Made by a program: the position numbers and the translations under genes. 64,000 bases of DNA from Dehalococcoidia bacterium. Its GTDB lineage: Bacteria > Chloroflexota > Dehalococcoidia > Lucifugimonadales > JAGWBF01. The stretch covers positions 397,692-461,691 of the forward strand of contig CBDBNM010000002.1 of the NCBI GenBank assembly GCA_965207935.1, read 5' to 3'. The notes below the pieces were generated by a model. That model was not told the origin of the DNA. It ran no database searches and worked only from the letters and a program-made list of their open reading frames with translations. Positions 44,752 through 53,769 of the stretch are shown in pieces (positions within the stretch are counted from its first letter, which is position 1; each line of letters begins with the position of its first letter).

Positions 44752-46361
44752 TCGTTCATAGCCATCCCCGCCCTTATTGCGCTGTGGCAGGCTATGGATG
44801 CTGCCATAGCATCGTTTCGCTCCCGGAGCACACCTTCGTAAGACATCATGTCCAGGACTTCTAGGAGGGCCTTGGCAGGGTCCGTAGTAGCGGCGATTCC
44901 CGGTATCCCCCGCACCAAGTAGGTGCGTTCTCCGAAAGGCTCAAGCAGGTAGCCGTAGCTCTCCAGCAGGTCCAAGTTTGCTTGAAGCAGCTCCTCCTGC
45001 TCGGGGGCCAGCTCCACGGACACCGGCTGGAGCAGGGCCTGCACCTGGGTGTCTCGCTCCGCCACTTCCCGGGATACCCGCTCATAGAGCACCCTCTCAT
45101 GGGCGGCGTGCTGATCGATGAGAAGCATGCCCTCAGGGCCCTCGGCAACCAGGTAGGTGTACTTCACCTGGCCGATGATGCGGAGGGACGACATCCCCTC
45201 CAGGGGAGTCGGATTGACGCCGACACTGGGGGCCGCCGGTTCCGTCTCGGTGTAGGGGTTCCCTCCGCCCGACCTGGGGGAAGGCCAGGACAGAATAGGG
45301 CCCGCTTGCGGGGCCGGAGGGGCCGCCGAGGGGATATTCAGCTCCGGCACGGGGGCTACCGCTACCAGGGTGCCTCGGACAGCCCTCTGGACGCAGCCAA
45401 ACACCCGGTCGTCCTGCCGGAAGCGCACCTCCCGCTTGGCCGGATGGACGTTCACATCCACCTCTCCCGGAGGGACCGAGATGTTCAGGACAGCGACGGG
45501 GTGCCGGCGCTCCGGGAGGAATCCGTGGTAGGTCTCCGACAGGGCAGCGGAGAGCAGGGGACTCTGTATCCACCGGCGGTTCAGCAGGAAGGTGATGTAG
45601 GTGCGGTTCGACTTGTGAAGGGACGGCGCGTTCACGTAGCCGGACACCTTGTACCCATCGCCCGCCCCTTCCCACACTACCTCCAACATGGAGGCGGTGG
45701 CCTCAGCCCCGTACACCGAGACCAGGGCGTCGTTCAGGGCGCCGCTGCCTCCGGTGGTAAGGACGTTGCGACCGTCCACCTGCAGGCGAAAGGCCACCTC
45801 GGGGAAAGCCAGGGCGAACCGGGATAAAAGGTCGCTGATCCTCCCGGCCTCCGCAGATGGGGACCGGAGGAACTTTCGCCTGGCGGGCAGGTTCTCGAAC
45901 AGCCTCTCCACAGTCACGGAGGTGCCGGCGGGACAACCGACGGAGCGGAGGGTCTTCTCCTCTCCCCAGTCCACCTGCACCTCCCGGCCCACATCGATGT
46001 CCTTCTCGCGGCTGACCAGCTTGACCATGGCGACCGATGCGATGCTGGGCAGTGCCTCGCCCCGGAAGCCCATCGTCATTATCCGGTCGAGGTCGTCTGA
46101 GGAGCTGATCTTGCTGGTGGCGTGGCGCTGGAAGGCCAGCGTGACCTCCTCGGCTGGAATCCCTGAACCGTTGTCCACCACCCGGAGGAGGTCTATTCCT
46201 CCGCCCTTCACCTCGATGGTTACCTGGGAAGCGCCGGCATCCAGGGAGTTTTCGACAAGCTCCTTGACCACCGACGAGGGTCGTTCTATCACCTCACCAG
46301 CGGCGATCTTGGAAGCTAGGTCCGGTTCCAGCAGATGGATCATCGCCCCATCCCCACCCAT
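44622..46361 (-). CDS. mutL: DNA mismatch repair protein MutL
   Basis: 579 aa with the GHKL ATPase N-terminus IAAGEVIERPSSVVKELVENSLDAG and RGEALPSI. The C-terminal endonuclease-type domain carries the CPHGRP motif. Confidence 0.92.
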   Translation of the reverse strand: MGGDGAMIHLLEPDLASKIAAGEVIERPSSVVKELVENSLDAGASQVTIEVKGGGIDLLRVVDNGSGIPAEEVTLAFQRHATSKISSSDDLDRIMTMGFRGEALPSIASVAMVKLVSREKDIDVGREVQVDWGEEKTLRSVGCPAGTSVTVERLFENLPARRKFLRSPSAEAGRISDLLSRFALAFPEVAFRLQVDGRNVLTTGGSGALNDALVSVYGAEATASMLEVVWEGAGDGYKVSGYVNAPSLHKSNRTYITFLLNRRWIQSPLLSAALSETYHGFLPERRHPVAVLNISVPPGEVDVNVHPAKREVRFRQDDRVFGCVQRAVRGTLVAVAPVPELNIPSAAPPAPQAGPILSWPSPRSGGGNPYTETEPAAPSVGVNPTPLEGMSSLRIIGQVKYTYLVAEGPEGMLLIDQHAAHERVLYERVSREVAERDTQVQALLQPVSVELAPEQEELLQANLDLLESYGYLLEPFGERTYLVRGIPGIAATTDPAKALLEVLDMMSYEGVLRERNDAMAASIACHSAIRAGMAMNEEQMEGLVRQLRECDSPHTCPHGRPTMIHLSSYHLEREFGRRK

Positions 46362-46397
46362 GGTTTTGGCCCGGGGATACTCTCTCCAGGCAGCCTA

Positions 46398-46841
46398 TCA
46401 GAACAGCGGGAGAGTAGTGCCTCTAGCCTTGTATTGGCGGTCTTCGGAATGGCCGTCCCTTACGTAGTCGTTGATGATGTTGTAGATGCGCTCCATCTGC
46501 CCATCATCTGGCTTCTTAAAGAAATAGGGGGGCACCCACACCCCTCCAAAGGCCGCCACTATCTCCGGGTAGTCGTCAATCACAAAGTCCGGCACGAGGG
46601 GCACTCCGAGCCCTTCCAAGCGCTCGTGGAAGCGGTCCGTCGGCTTCTCATAAACCCCGCTAACCATCGGCTCCAAGTTGTGCTCCCGCACCATCTCCCA
46701 TCGGAGACCTACCCCTGACCAGATGTAGATGCTGTGGCCATCGGCGAGCAGCTTATGAAAGGTATCCATGGTGCCGGGCCTGAGAGTGTTGTCCAAGCCC
46801 AGGAGCGTGTAGTCCACATCGAAGAATATGTTCAAAAGCAC
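46398..46841 (-). CDS. HAD-superfamily hydrolase-like small protein
   Basis: 147 aa with the N-terminal FFDVDYTL (DxD-type motif I). The size and pattern are consistent with HAD phosphatases. Confidence 0.55.
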   Translation of the reverse strand: MLLNIFFDVDYTLLGLDNTLRPGTMDTFHKLLADGHSIYIWSGVGLRWEMVREHNLEPMVSGVYEKPTDRFHERLEGLGVPLVPDFVIDDYPEIVAAFGGVWVPPYFFKKPDDGQMERIYNIINDYVRDGHSEDRQYKARGTTLPLF

Positions 46842-46934
46842 GTTCCAATCGGGAGAAAGGATTGTGCAGCTCGCCCTTCCGGCCTAGCTGACGGGGGATT
46901 GTACCAACGCGCCATAGGCTACTGCAACAGGCCT

Positions 46935-47309
46935 TTAGCCTTCATGGTCGAGCTGGAGCTCCCGGACGGCGCGCTCCAGCTCCTTCAGGTTGCTTCCAAC
47001 CAGGATGTGGCTCCCGATCCTGACCAGGGGGCGCCGAAGCAGTCTTGGCTCCTTCAACACCAGCTCCACCATCCGGTCCTCGTCCAGGTCATCGGGGTTG
47101 AGCCCCAAGGCCTTGAAGCTGGGGCTCTTCCAGGAGAAGATGTCGGACATCTTTCCGCCCTCAGCCAAGCCCCTCAGCTCGGCCTCGGACAAGGGGTCCT
47201 TGAAGAAGTCCCGCTCCACCAGCTCAGCCCCTTCCTGCGAAAGAAACTCTTTCGCTTTGCGGCAGGCCGATCAACGAGGCCACCAATAAAACTCCACTCT
47301 ACCAAGCAT
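46935..47309 (-). CDS. ArsC/Spx-family thioredoxin-fold protein with in-frame TGA at first Cys of the CxxC motif (candidate UxxC selenoprotein); track ORF 46935..47219 is the truncated version
   Basis: Own translation from ATG 47309 (GGAGGTGAAC upstream) gives MLGRVEFYWWPR-[TGA 47273..47271]-SACRKAKEFLSQEGAELVERDFFKDPLSEAELRGL...RRPLVRIG. This aligns with the Spx/ArsC N-terminal Y..P.C..CRKA..WL motif. Total length is 124 codons, typical for the family. Confidence 0.75.
47237..47255 (-). promoter_or_regulatory. Putative SECIS-like hairpin downstream of the ArsC/Spx-family TGA
   Basis: The minus-strand RNA reads UGA-N15-GCGAAAGA-GUU-UCUUUCGC. This is a perfect 8-bp stem with an apical loop starting with G, 23 nt from the UGA. 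Flanking CCU...AGG could extend the helix. Confidence 0.5.
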
Positions 47310-47337
47310 GTTCACCTCCGCTCATGGTCTGGGCTGG

Positions 47338-49989
47338 CTATTCGGATAACCGGCCCGGTCCGTTCTGATTTTCCCTGGCCTTGCTTTGCAGGTCGTAAAG
47401 CAGGTTTATGGCCTCCAGGGGGGTCATGTTCGCCACATCCAGGGCCAGGATCTGCTCGGCAACCTGGTCCTGTGCTCCAAACAGGGGTATCTGGGCTCCG
47501 CTTCCCCCATCGGCGCTCTTCTTCGCTCGACGCCTGCCATGGGAGACCTCTAAGGGACCGCCCGGCGTCTTCGAATCCGAAGCTTGGCTCTCCAGCTCCT
47601 CCAGGACCTCCCGCGCCCGGTTCACAACGGACCTGGGCAGGCCGGCCAGCTGGGCAACGTGAATACCGTAGCTCCTGTCTGCGCCCCCAGGCACAATCCG
47701 GTGCAGGAACACAACCCGCCCTTCCTCCTCAGCGACCGCCACGTTGTAGTTCCTGATGCGCGGAAGGACCCCCGCCAGCCGGGTCATCTCATGGTAGTGG
47801 GTGGCGAAGAGGGTCTTGCAGCCCAGCCTGGGGCTGTTGTGGATGTATTCCGCAGCCGCCCTGGCAATGGACAGGCCATCATAGGTGCTTGTGCCTCTTC
47901 CCACCTCGTCCAGCACAACCAGGGACCGGGGGGTAGCTTGGTTCAGGATAGCCGCAGTTTCCACCATCTCGACCATGAAGGTCGATTGCCCTGTGGCAAG
48001 ATCATCCTGCTGGCCAACCCGCGTGAATATGCGGTCCACCAAGCCGATTGAGGCTGAGTCGGCGGGCACATAGCTGCCCACCTGAGCAAGGAGAACGATC
48101 AGGGCGACCTGGCGAATGTATGTGCTCTTGCCGGCCATGTTGGGCCCTGTCAGCAGGATCATCTGAGCGTCGCTCGAAGACAGGGAACACTCGTTGGGCA
48201 CGTAGGTGCCCACCGGGACCATGTTCTCCACTACGGGATGCCGACCTCCCTTGATTTCGATGCCCTCACCTTCGTCCAGATCGGGTCTGACGTACCGCTG
48301 GCGATGAGCGACTTCGGCCAGGGAAGACAAGGCGTCGATATGGGCCAGGAAGTCGGCCAGGGAAGCTATCGCCTTGCTTTCCTGGGCTATCTGCCCGCAG
48401 ACCCTCCGGTAAAGGTCACCCTCCAGCCTTTCGATGTTTTCCCTGGCGTTCAGGATCAGGGACTCGTACTCCTTAAGCTCCGGGGTGATGTACCGCTCGC
48501 CCCCCACCAGGGTCTGGCGTCGCACATAGCTCTCGGGCACCTGGTCCAGGTTCGACTTGCTCACCTCGATGTAGTAACCGAACACCTTGTTGTAGCCAAC
48601 CTTCAGGCCCCGGATTCCCGATCGGTCCCGCTCCCGTTGCTCCAGCCCGGCGATGTACTCGTGGGCGTTCCGGGAACCGGAGCGCAGGTCGTCCAGCTCC
48701 TGGGAGAACCCGCTTGCTATCACCCTGCCCTCGCCCACCTGGCCGGAGGGCTCCGGGTCGATGGCCTGGCTGATGAGGTCGACGACCTCTTCGGGGCTGC
48801 GCACTCCCGTGAGCAGCATGCCCAGAGCGGATTCGGAGTCGTCGGAGCCTATCAGGCCGATGATAGCGGCGCCCGCTTCCAGGCTGGTCTTGAGCCCCAG
48901 GAGCTCCCGGGGGACAGCCGCGCCTGATCGTATGCGGTGCAGGACCCGCTCTATGTCGCTGACGTGGGCCAGCTGGGACATGACCCGCTCCCTGAGGTTC
49001 AGGTTGGCGTGCAGCTGGGATACGCCGTCCTGACGCTTCCGGATCTCCCCCAGGTCCAGGAGGGGCTGGCCCACCCACCGGCGCAGGAGACGCCCTCCCA
49101 TGGAGGTGCGGGTCAAATCGAGGATGGACAACAAAGAGGTCCCTGTCGCACCGCGTCCAACCTGGAACAGCTCCAGGTTGCGTCGTGTCTGCTGGTCCAG
49201 GACCATGTAGCTGTCCGTCGAGTAGGTCGCCAGGTGTGAAAGCTCGGACAGGGCGGTCTTCTGGGTGTCCTCCAGGTAGTCCAGGACCATTCCAGAAGCG
49301 ACCACTGCCGTGGGAAGTTTGTCGCAGCCGAAGGCCTCCAGGGTTGCCACCTCGTAATGCTCCATCAAACGGCGCCTGGCATCATCCAGCCGTAGCATAG
49401 AGGACGGCATCTCGGTAACTGAGCATCCATCCAGGTCAGGAGTGGGGCCAGCTCCCTCAATGGTCAGCAACTCGGCAGGGGAGAGCCGGCCCAGCTCGGA
49501 ACCAAGACCTTCGACAGGCATCTGGGTAGTGCGAAACTCGCCGGTGGATATATCCACATAGGCCAAGCCCGCCACATCATCCTGCACACACACTGCGGCC
49601 AGGTAGTTGTTGGCCTTCTGCTCCAGCAGGGAAGGTTCCACCACGGTGCCGGGGGTTACCACCCTAACCACATCCCGCTCCACCAGCCCCCTGGAGGCGG
49701 CAGGGTCGCTGAGCTGTTCGCAGATGGCGACCTTGTGGCCCTTCTTGATGAGTCGGGTCAGGTACGACTCCAGGGAATGGGCAGGTATGCCAGCCAGCGG
49801 GACCTTCATGTTCTTGCCCATGGCCTTGGAGGTCAGGACAAGGTCGAGCTCCTTCGATGCCATGCGGGCATCATCATCGAAGGTCTCGTAAAAGTCCCCC
49901 AAGCGAAAGAGGAGGAGGGAATCTGGATATCGCTGCTTGATCCGGAGGTATTGCCTACGGATCGGTGTTAACGTCTCTCCCGGAGGCAT
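47338..49989 (-). CDS. mutS: DNA mismatch repair protein MutS
   Basis: 883 aa with N-terminal TPIRRQYLRIKQRYPDSLLLFRLGDFYETFDDDA, Walker A GPNMAGKST and DEVGRGTSTYDG. Confidence 0.93.
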   Translation of the reverse strand: MPPGETLTPIRRQYLRIKQRYPDSLLLFRLGDFYETFDDDARMASKELDLVLTSKAMGKNMKVPLAGIPAHSLESYLTRLIKKGHKVAICEQLSDPAASRGLVERDVVRVVTPGTVVEPSLLEQKANNYLAAVCVQDDVAGLAYVDISTGEFRTTQMPVEGLGSELGRLSPAELLTIEGAGPTPDLDGCSVTEMPSSMLRLDDARRRLMEHYEVATLEAFGCDKLPTAVVASGMVLDYLEDTQKTALSELSHLATYSTDSYMVLDQQTRRNLELFQVGRGATGTSLLSILDLTRTSMGGRLLRRWVGQPLLDLGEIRKRQDGVSQLHANLNLRERVMSQLAHVSDIERVLHRIRSGAAVPRELLGLKTSLEAGAAIIGLIGSDDSESALGMLLTGVRSPEEVVDLISQAIDPEPSGQVGEGRVIASGFSQELDDLRSGSRNAHEYIAGLEQRERDRSGIRGLKVGYNKVFGYYIEVSKSNLDQVPESYVRRQTLVGGERYITPELKEYESLILNARENIERLEGDLYRRVCGQIAQESKAIASLADFLAHIDALSSLAEVAHRQRYVRPDLDEGEGIEIKGGRHPVVENMVPVGTYVPNECSLSSSDAQMILLTGPNMAGKSTYIRQVALIVLLAQVGSYVPADSASIGLVDRIFTRVGQQDDLATGQSTFMVEMVETAAILNQATPRSLVVLDEVGRGTSTYDGLSIARAAAEYIHNSPRLGCKTLFATHYHEMTRLAGVLPRIRNYNVAVAEEEGRVVFLHRIVPGGADRSYGIHVAQLAGLPRSVVNRAREVLEELESQASDSKTPGGPLEVSHGRRRAKKSADGGSGAQIPLFGAQDQVAEQILALDVANMTPLEAINLLYDLQSKARENQNGPGRLSE

Positions 49990-50075
49990 GCGCTCACCAG
50001 CTATGCGGGATAGTAGGACCGGGTCCAGGCCCGGTCGGAATGGCTACTTCTCGAGGGCTATATGGGCGGGAGAAC

Positions 50076-50888
50076 CTACTGCTTCCAGTAACGCTCTTCC
50101 TTGATGGTAAAACCTTTGGGAGAGAGCCTTTCCTTCACATCTTCGATCATACCAGGATGCCCGCAAGCATACACCATGGTGTGGTCGGGAGACAGCCCGA
50201 ACTTGTCAATATGCTGCTCGACGATGTTGTTGACCCGACCCTTCTCCCCTTCCCACCCACGATTCATGTCGTCGGATGGACGGCTGATCGTTGGCACATA
50301 GAAGATGCTATCGGGGTGCTGGCTGGTCAATCTCTCCATCTCATCTTCGTAGGTAAACTCGTTGTAGTAGCTGGCGCCCTGCAAAACGTAGAACCTGTGG
50401 CCTTCGCCGCCATTGTGCAGGTAGCTGCGAATGGTGCTGATGAAAGGAGCGATACCTGTCACCGTCGCCACCATCAGATGGTCCCGGTACTTCTGGTCCA
50501 TGGTGAATACGCCCTTGGCCCTTGGCCTGATGCTCATGCAGTCCCCCACCTTGAGGTCCCACATGAGAGGGGTGAGGGCGCCGTCGGGAGGGGGCACCAG
50601 CTCTACGAAGATCTCCAGGTCCGGCTCGTGGGGGGCCGACGCAATGGAGTAGGCCCGTTCTATGGAGTCGAGGCCCAAGGTGCAATACTGGCCCGGCTTG
50701 AATGAAAACTCCACTTCCGGTTGCAGATGGATAACCATCAGGTCGTCGGTGACGTCCCTTCGGGACACCAGCTTGGTCTTGGGTAGGTTGGCTATGGTCT
50801 TACGTAGCTGCTGCTCCCTGTCTATGGTTGCCTGCTCCGCCCGATTCATACACATCCCTCTATCGTCTATTGGGTATCTATTGGGCAT
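50076..50888 (-). CDS. Ferredoxin-NADP+ reductase-like FAD/NAD(P)-binding oxidoreductase
   Basis: The FAD-binding RAYSIAS motif and the NAD-binding TVTGIAPFIS and VYACGHPGM motifs are present. The probable start is an internal Met (MNRAEQ...). Confidence 0.7.
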   Translation of the reverse strand: MPNRYPIDDRGMCMNRAEQATIDREQQLRKTIANLPKTKLVSRRDVTDDLMVIHLQPEVEFSFKPGQYCTLGLDSIERAYSIASAPHEPDLEIFVELVPPPDGALTPLMWDLKVGDCMSIRPRAKGVFTMDQKYRDHLMVATVTGIAPFISTIRSYLHNGGEGHRFYVLQGASYYNEFTYEDEMERLTSQHPDSIFYVPTISRPSDDMNRGWEGEKGRVNNIVEQHIDKFGLSPDHTMVYACGHPGMIEDVKERLSPKGFTIKEERYWKQ

Positions 50889-50916
50889 CTATTGGGTACC
50901 GGCGGTACCCTTAACG

Positions 50917-53769
50917 TTAAGCCGTCACGGCTGCTTCAGCTATGTCCAGTCCTGGTACCTTGGACATCGGGTCCAGGTCCCTGCTCGCCTGTATCTCCGT
51001 CGCAAGCTGACCAAAAAGATATGTGCAGCTTACGCACCCCTTTGGCACACCGGCTTCAATGGAGATTATCGCCTGGAAAGTCCTGTCCGATGTTCTCACC
51101 TCTACATGATCGCCCTCCTTAAGCCCCCTCGCCCCGGCATCGACCGGGTTCAGCTCGGCGACCTCTTCGCGGACAAGCTGGTTCCGCCTCCCCGGCTGAA
51201 TGGTGATTTCTCGCTGGGTCTGAAGGAGCACTCTTCCGGGCAGGTAAGTCAGCGATGAGTCTTCTTGCAGGGATGGGAGGATGGCCCTGTACTTGATGTC
51301 GGCCAGATCGGGTTTCCCCTCGGTGAATCCCATCGCGTACAGCTCCGCAGTGCCCTCATGGTCGGTGGATGGACACGGCCATTGCAGGCCCCGGTACTCT
51401 TTGCTGGAGTAGAGCACCTGGGTTGGGAGCGGATTCGAAGGGTCGGGCCGGAACACGGGCCGGGCTTCATCCTCCAGGCGCCGGTGGGAGATCCCAGCGT
51501 ACTCGGTGACCAGGGAGGCGATCTCATCCAGAACGTCGGCCGACGAATCGAAGTCGAACCCGGACGCCCCCATGCGCTTGCCTATCTCGCCAACCACCCA
51601 AAGCTCGGTCCTGGAATCGCCCGGGGGCTGCATCGCCGGGTGGAGCAGCTGGACCCTTCTCTCAATGTTGGTGAAAGTTCCCGCCTTTTCGGCAAAGCCG
51701 CTCCGGGGCAGCACTACATCAGCCAGCCCGCCCAGCTCGGTCAGGTAGTGATCATGCACAACCAACAGTTCCAGCTTTGCCAGTCCGGACTTGATCTCTT
51801 CCAGGGTCCACGTTGGCTCGTCGTAGGACGAAAGTCCACCCGCAAGCTTGGATATATCGCCGACCACGTACATGGCCTTCAGGGTGCCGTCAATTGCCGC
51901 CTCGATCATTCCCGCCAGGTCCAATCCGGTCTCGATCGGCACCAAGGCGCCCCAGGCATCTTCCATGACGTGCCGGTCAGCGGCGTTGTAGACGGAGCGA
52001 TGCCCCGGGAGCATCCGGGGAGAACATCCTGCGTCCCATGCCCCCTGGCTGTTGGCGCCGGGCCTGAGAGGGTATATACCGGTGGAAGGCTTCCCAATGT
52101 TGCCGGTTACGAGAGCCAGCTCAGCGATAGCCACGCCGCAGTCATGGTGCAGCTCCTGGGATATGTTATCCAACGCATAGAATATCGCCGAGCTTCCCGA
52201 GCCGGCGTAGGTGCGGGCGGCTGTTGCTATATTTTCGGAGGGCACTCCCGTCTGGCCTGATAACTCAAGCAAATCTAAGGCGTCCAGAGACGCTCGGAGC
52301 CCACCGACATCAATGCCGTGCTCCTCCAGCCATTCCCCGGATTCCAGGCCCTCGTCAAAGATGACCTTCAGCATTGCTCCCAGGACCAATTGTTCGGTGC
52401 CGGGGCGTGGCCTGAGCCATTGGTCGGCGTAGCGAGTCAACTCCACTTCCCGTGGATCGATGATGATCAGCTTGGCGCCCTTCTTGACCGCCTTCTTGAT
52501 GGGAAGGGCGGCCACGTTATGCTCTTCGGTGATGTTGGCATTGATGCCCAGGATGCAGGCTGCACCTTCAAGCTGCCAGATGGGATTGGTGGACGAGTCG
52601 TACCCCAGTACATCCATCAGCCCCGTGGTCATGTAGGGCCGCAGGTCCGAGGAGTGATCGACGTTGTTGCTCACCATCACCGACCTGGCGAACTTCTGGG
52701 CCAGGTAGTGCTCCTCGGTGGTGCTGTCGTGGGTAGTGAGGATTGCGAACTGGTCTCCCTTGTAGCGAGGCAGCTTGGAGGCGATGTGGTCCAGCACCTC
52801 ATCCCATGTAGCTTCTTCCAGCTCACCTGAAGCCTCCCGGCGCATGAGGGGTGTAGTCAGCCTGGTCTTCTTGGTGAGAAAGTCCATTCCGAACTTCCCT
52901 TTGAAGCAGGCTTGGCCATGGTTGGTGGGGGAGCTTAGCTCCGGGATTGCCCGGATGACCTGCCCCTTGCGGTTAATCTCCAGGTTTACCTGGCAGCCGA
53001 CGGGACAGAAGGGACAGATTGTCGGCATGACCTCGGCCGCTTTCTCCCACTTGTGGTCCCGTTCAACCAGTGCCCCTACGGGACACACATCCAGGCAGGC
53101 GCCGCAGAACTCGCAGCCCGACTCGAGCAGGGAGGTGCCGTGGGATGTGCCCACCAGGGCGCGCCCAGCCCGCTCGGTGAAGGTGATGGCATTGTCTCCC
53201 CGTACCTCTTCGCAGACCCGGACGCAGCGTCCGCATACGATGCACAGGTTGTAGTCCCGGTCATAGAAGGGGTCGCCCGTGTCCACGGGCAGGTCACGGT
53301 ACTTGTAGCCCAAGGGTGACTCCAGCACCATCTCCAGGTGCCGGGTGGTGTCTTTGAGCTCGCAGCGTTCGTTCTTGGGGCAGGTGACGCACCGGTCGTT
53401 GACCGAAACATGGCGAAGGCAGACATCCTGGGGGCCGCAGAGGTCTATGCGATGGCAGGTGAGGCATCCGTTGGGATGCTCGGAAATGAGCATCTCCATG
53501 ACCGACTTCCGGAGCTTCTCCACCCCTTCGGACTTGCTGTTCACCACCATGCCATCGGCAACGGGCAGGGTGCAGGATGCAGGAAAGCCGCGGCCCCCTT
53601 CCACCTCGACCAGGCAAAGGCGGCAGGCCGCATAGGGCTTCATCCCCGGGTGATAGCACAGGTAGGGAACGTACAGGCCAGCCTCGATGGCTGCTTCCAG
53701 CAGCATCTTTCCCGGCTGGGCCTTGAACTCCACCCCATCCATCGTGATGGTGAATTCTTCAGCCATCAT
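50917..53769 (-). CDS. FdsA/NuoG-like Fe-S plus molybdopterin-family subunit; canonical Sec/Cys-His active-site pair not present
   Basis: 950 aa with an N-terminal 2Fe-2S (CYHPGMKPYAACRLC), a His/Cys 4Fe-4S and two ferredoxin-type clusters, then an FdhF-like domain (CPFCPVGCQV, NHGQACFKGKFG). Where FDHs have NNVD.CAR(L/V)[U/C]HSPT, this protein reads NNVDHSSDLRPYMT. Confidence 0.7.
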   Translation of the reverse strand: MMAEEFTITMDGVEFKAQPGKMLLEAAIEAGLYVPYLCYHPGMKPYAACRLCLVEVEGGRGFPASCTLPVADGMVVNSKSEGVEKLRKSVMEMLISEHPNGCLTCHRIDLCGPQDVCLRHVSVNDRCVTCPKNERCELKDTTRHLEMVLESPLGYKYRDLPVDTGDPFYDRDYNLCIVCGRCVRVCEEVRGDNAITFTERAGRALVGTSHGTSLLESGCEFCGACLDVCPVGALVERDHKWEKAAEVMPTICPFCPVGCQVNLEINRKGQVIRAIPELSSPTNHGQACFKGKFGMDFLTKKTRLTTPLMRREASGELEEATWDEVLDHIASKLPRYKGDQFAILTTHDSTTEEHYLAQKFARSVMVSNNVDHSSDLRPYMTTGLMDVLGYDSSTNPIWQLEGAACILGINANITEEHNVAALPIKKAVKKGAKLIIIDPREVELTRYADQWLRPRPGTEQLVLGAMLKVIFDEGLESGEWLEEHGIDVGGLRASLDALDLLELSGQTGVPSENIATAARTYAGSGSSAIFYALDNISQELHHDCGVAIAELALVTGNIGKPSTGIYPLRPGANSQGAWDAGCSPRMLPGHRSVYNAADRHVMEDAWGALVPIETGLDLAGMIEAAIDGTLKAMYVVGDISKLAGGLSSYDEPTWTLEEIKSGLAKLELLVVHDHYLTELGGLADVVLPRSGFAEKAGTFTNIERRVQLLHPAMQPPGDSRTELWVVGEIGKRMGASGFDFDSSADVLDEIASLVTEYAGISHRRLEDEARPVFRPDPSNPLPTQVLYSSKEYRGLQWPCPSTDHEGTAELYAMGFTEGKPDLADIKYRAILPSLQEDSSLTYLPGRVLLQTQREITIQPGRRNQLVREEVAELNPVDAGARGLKEGDHVEVRTSDRTFQAIISIEAGVPKGCVSCTYLFGQLATEIQASRDLDPMSKVPGLDIAEAAVTA

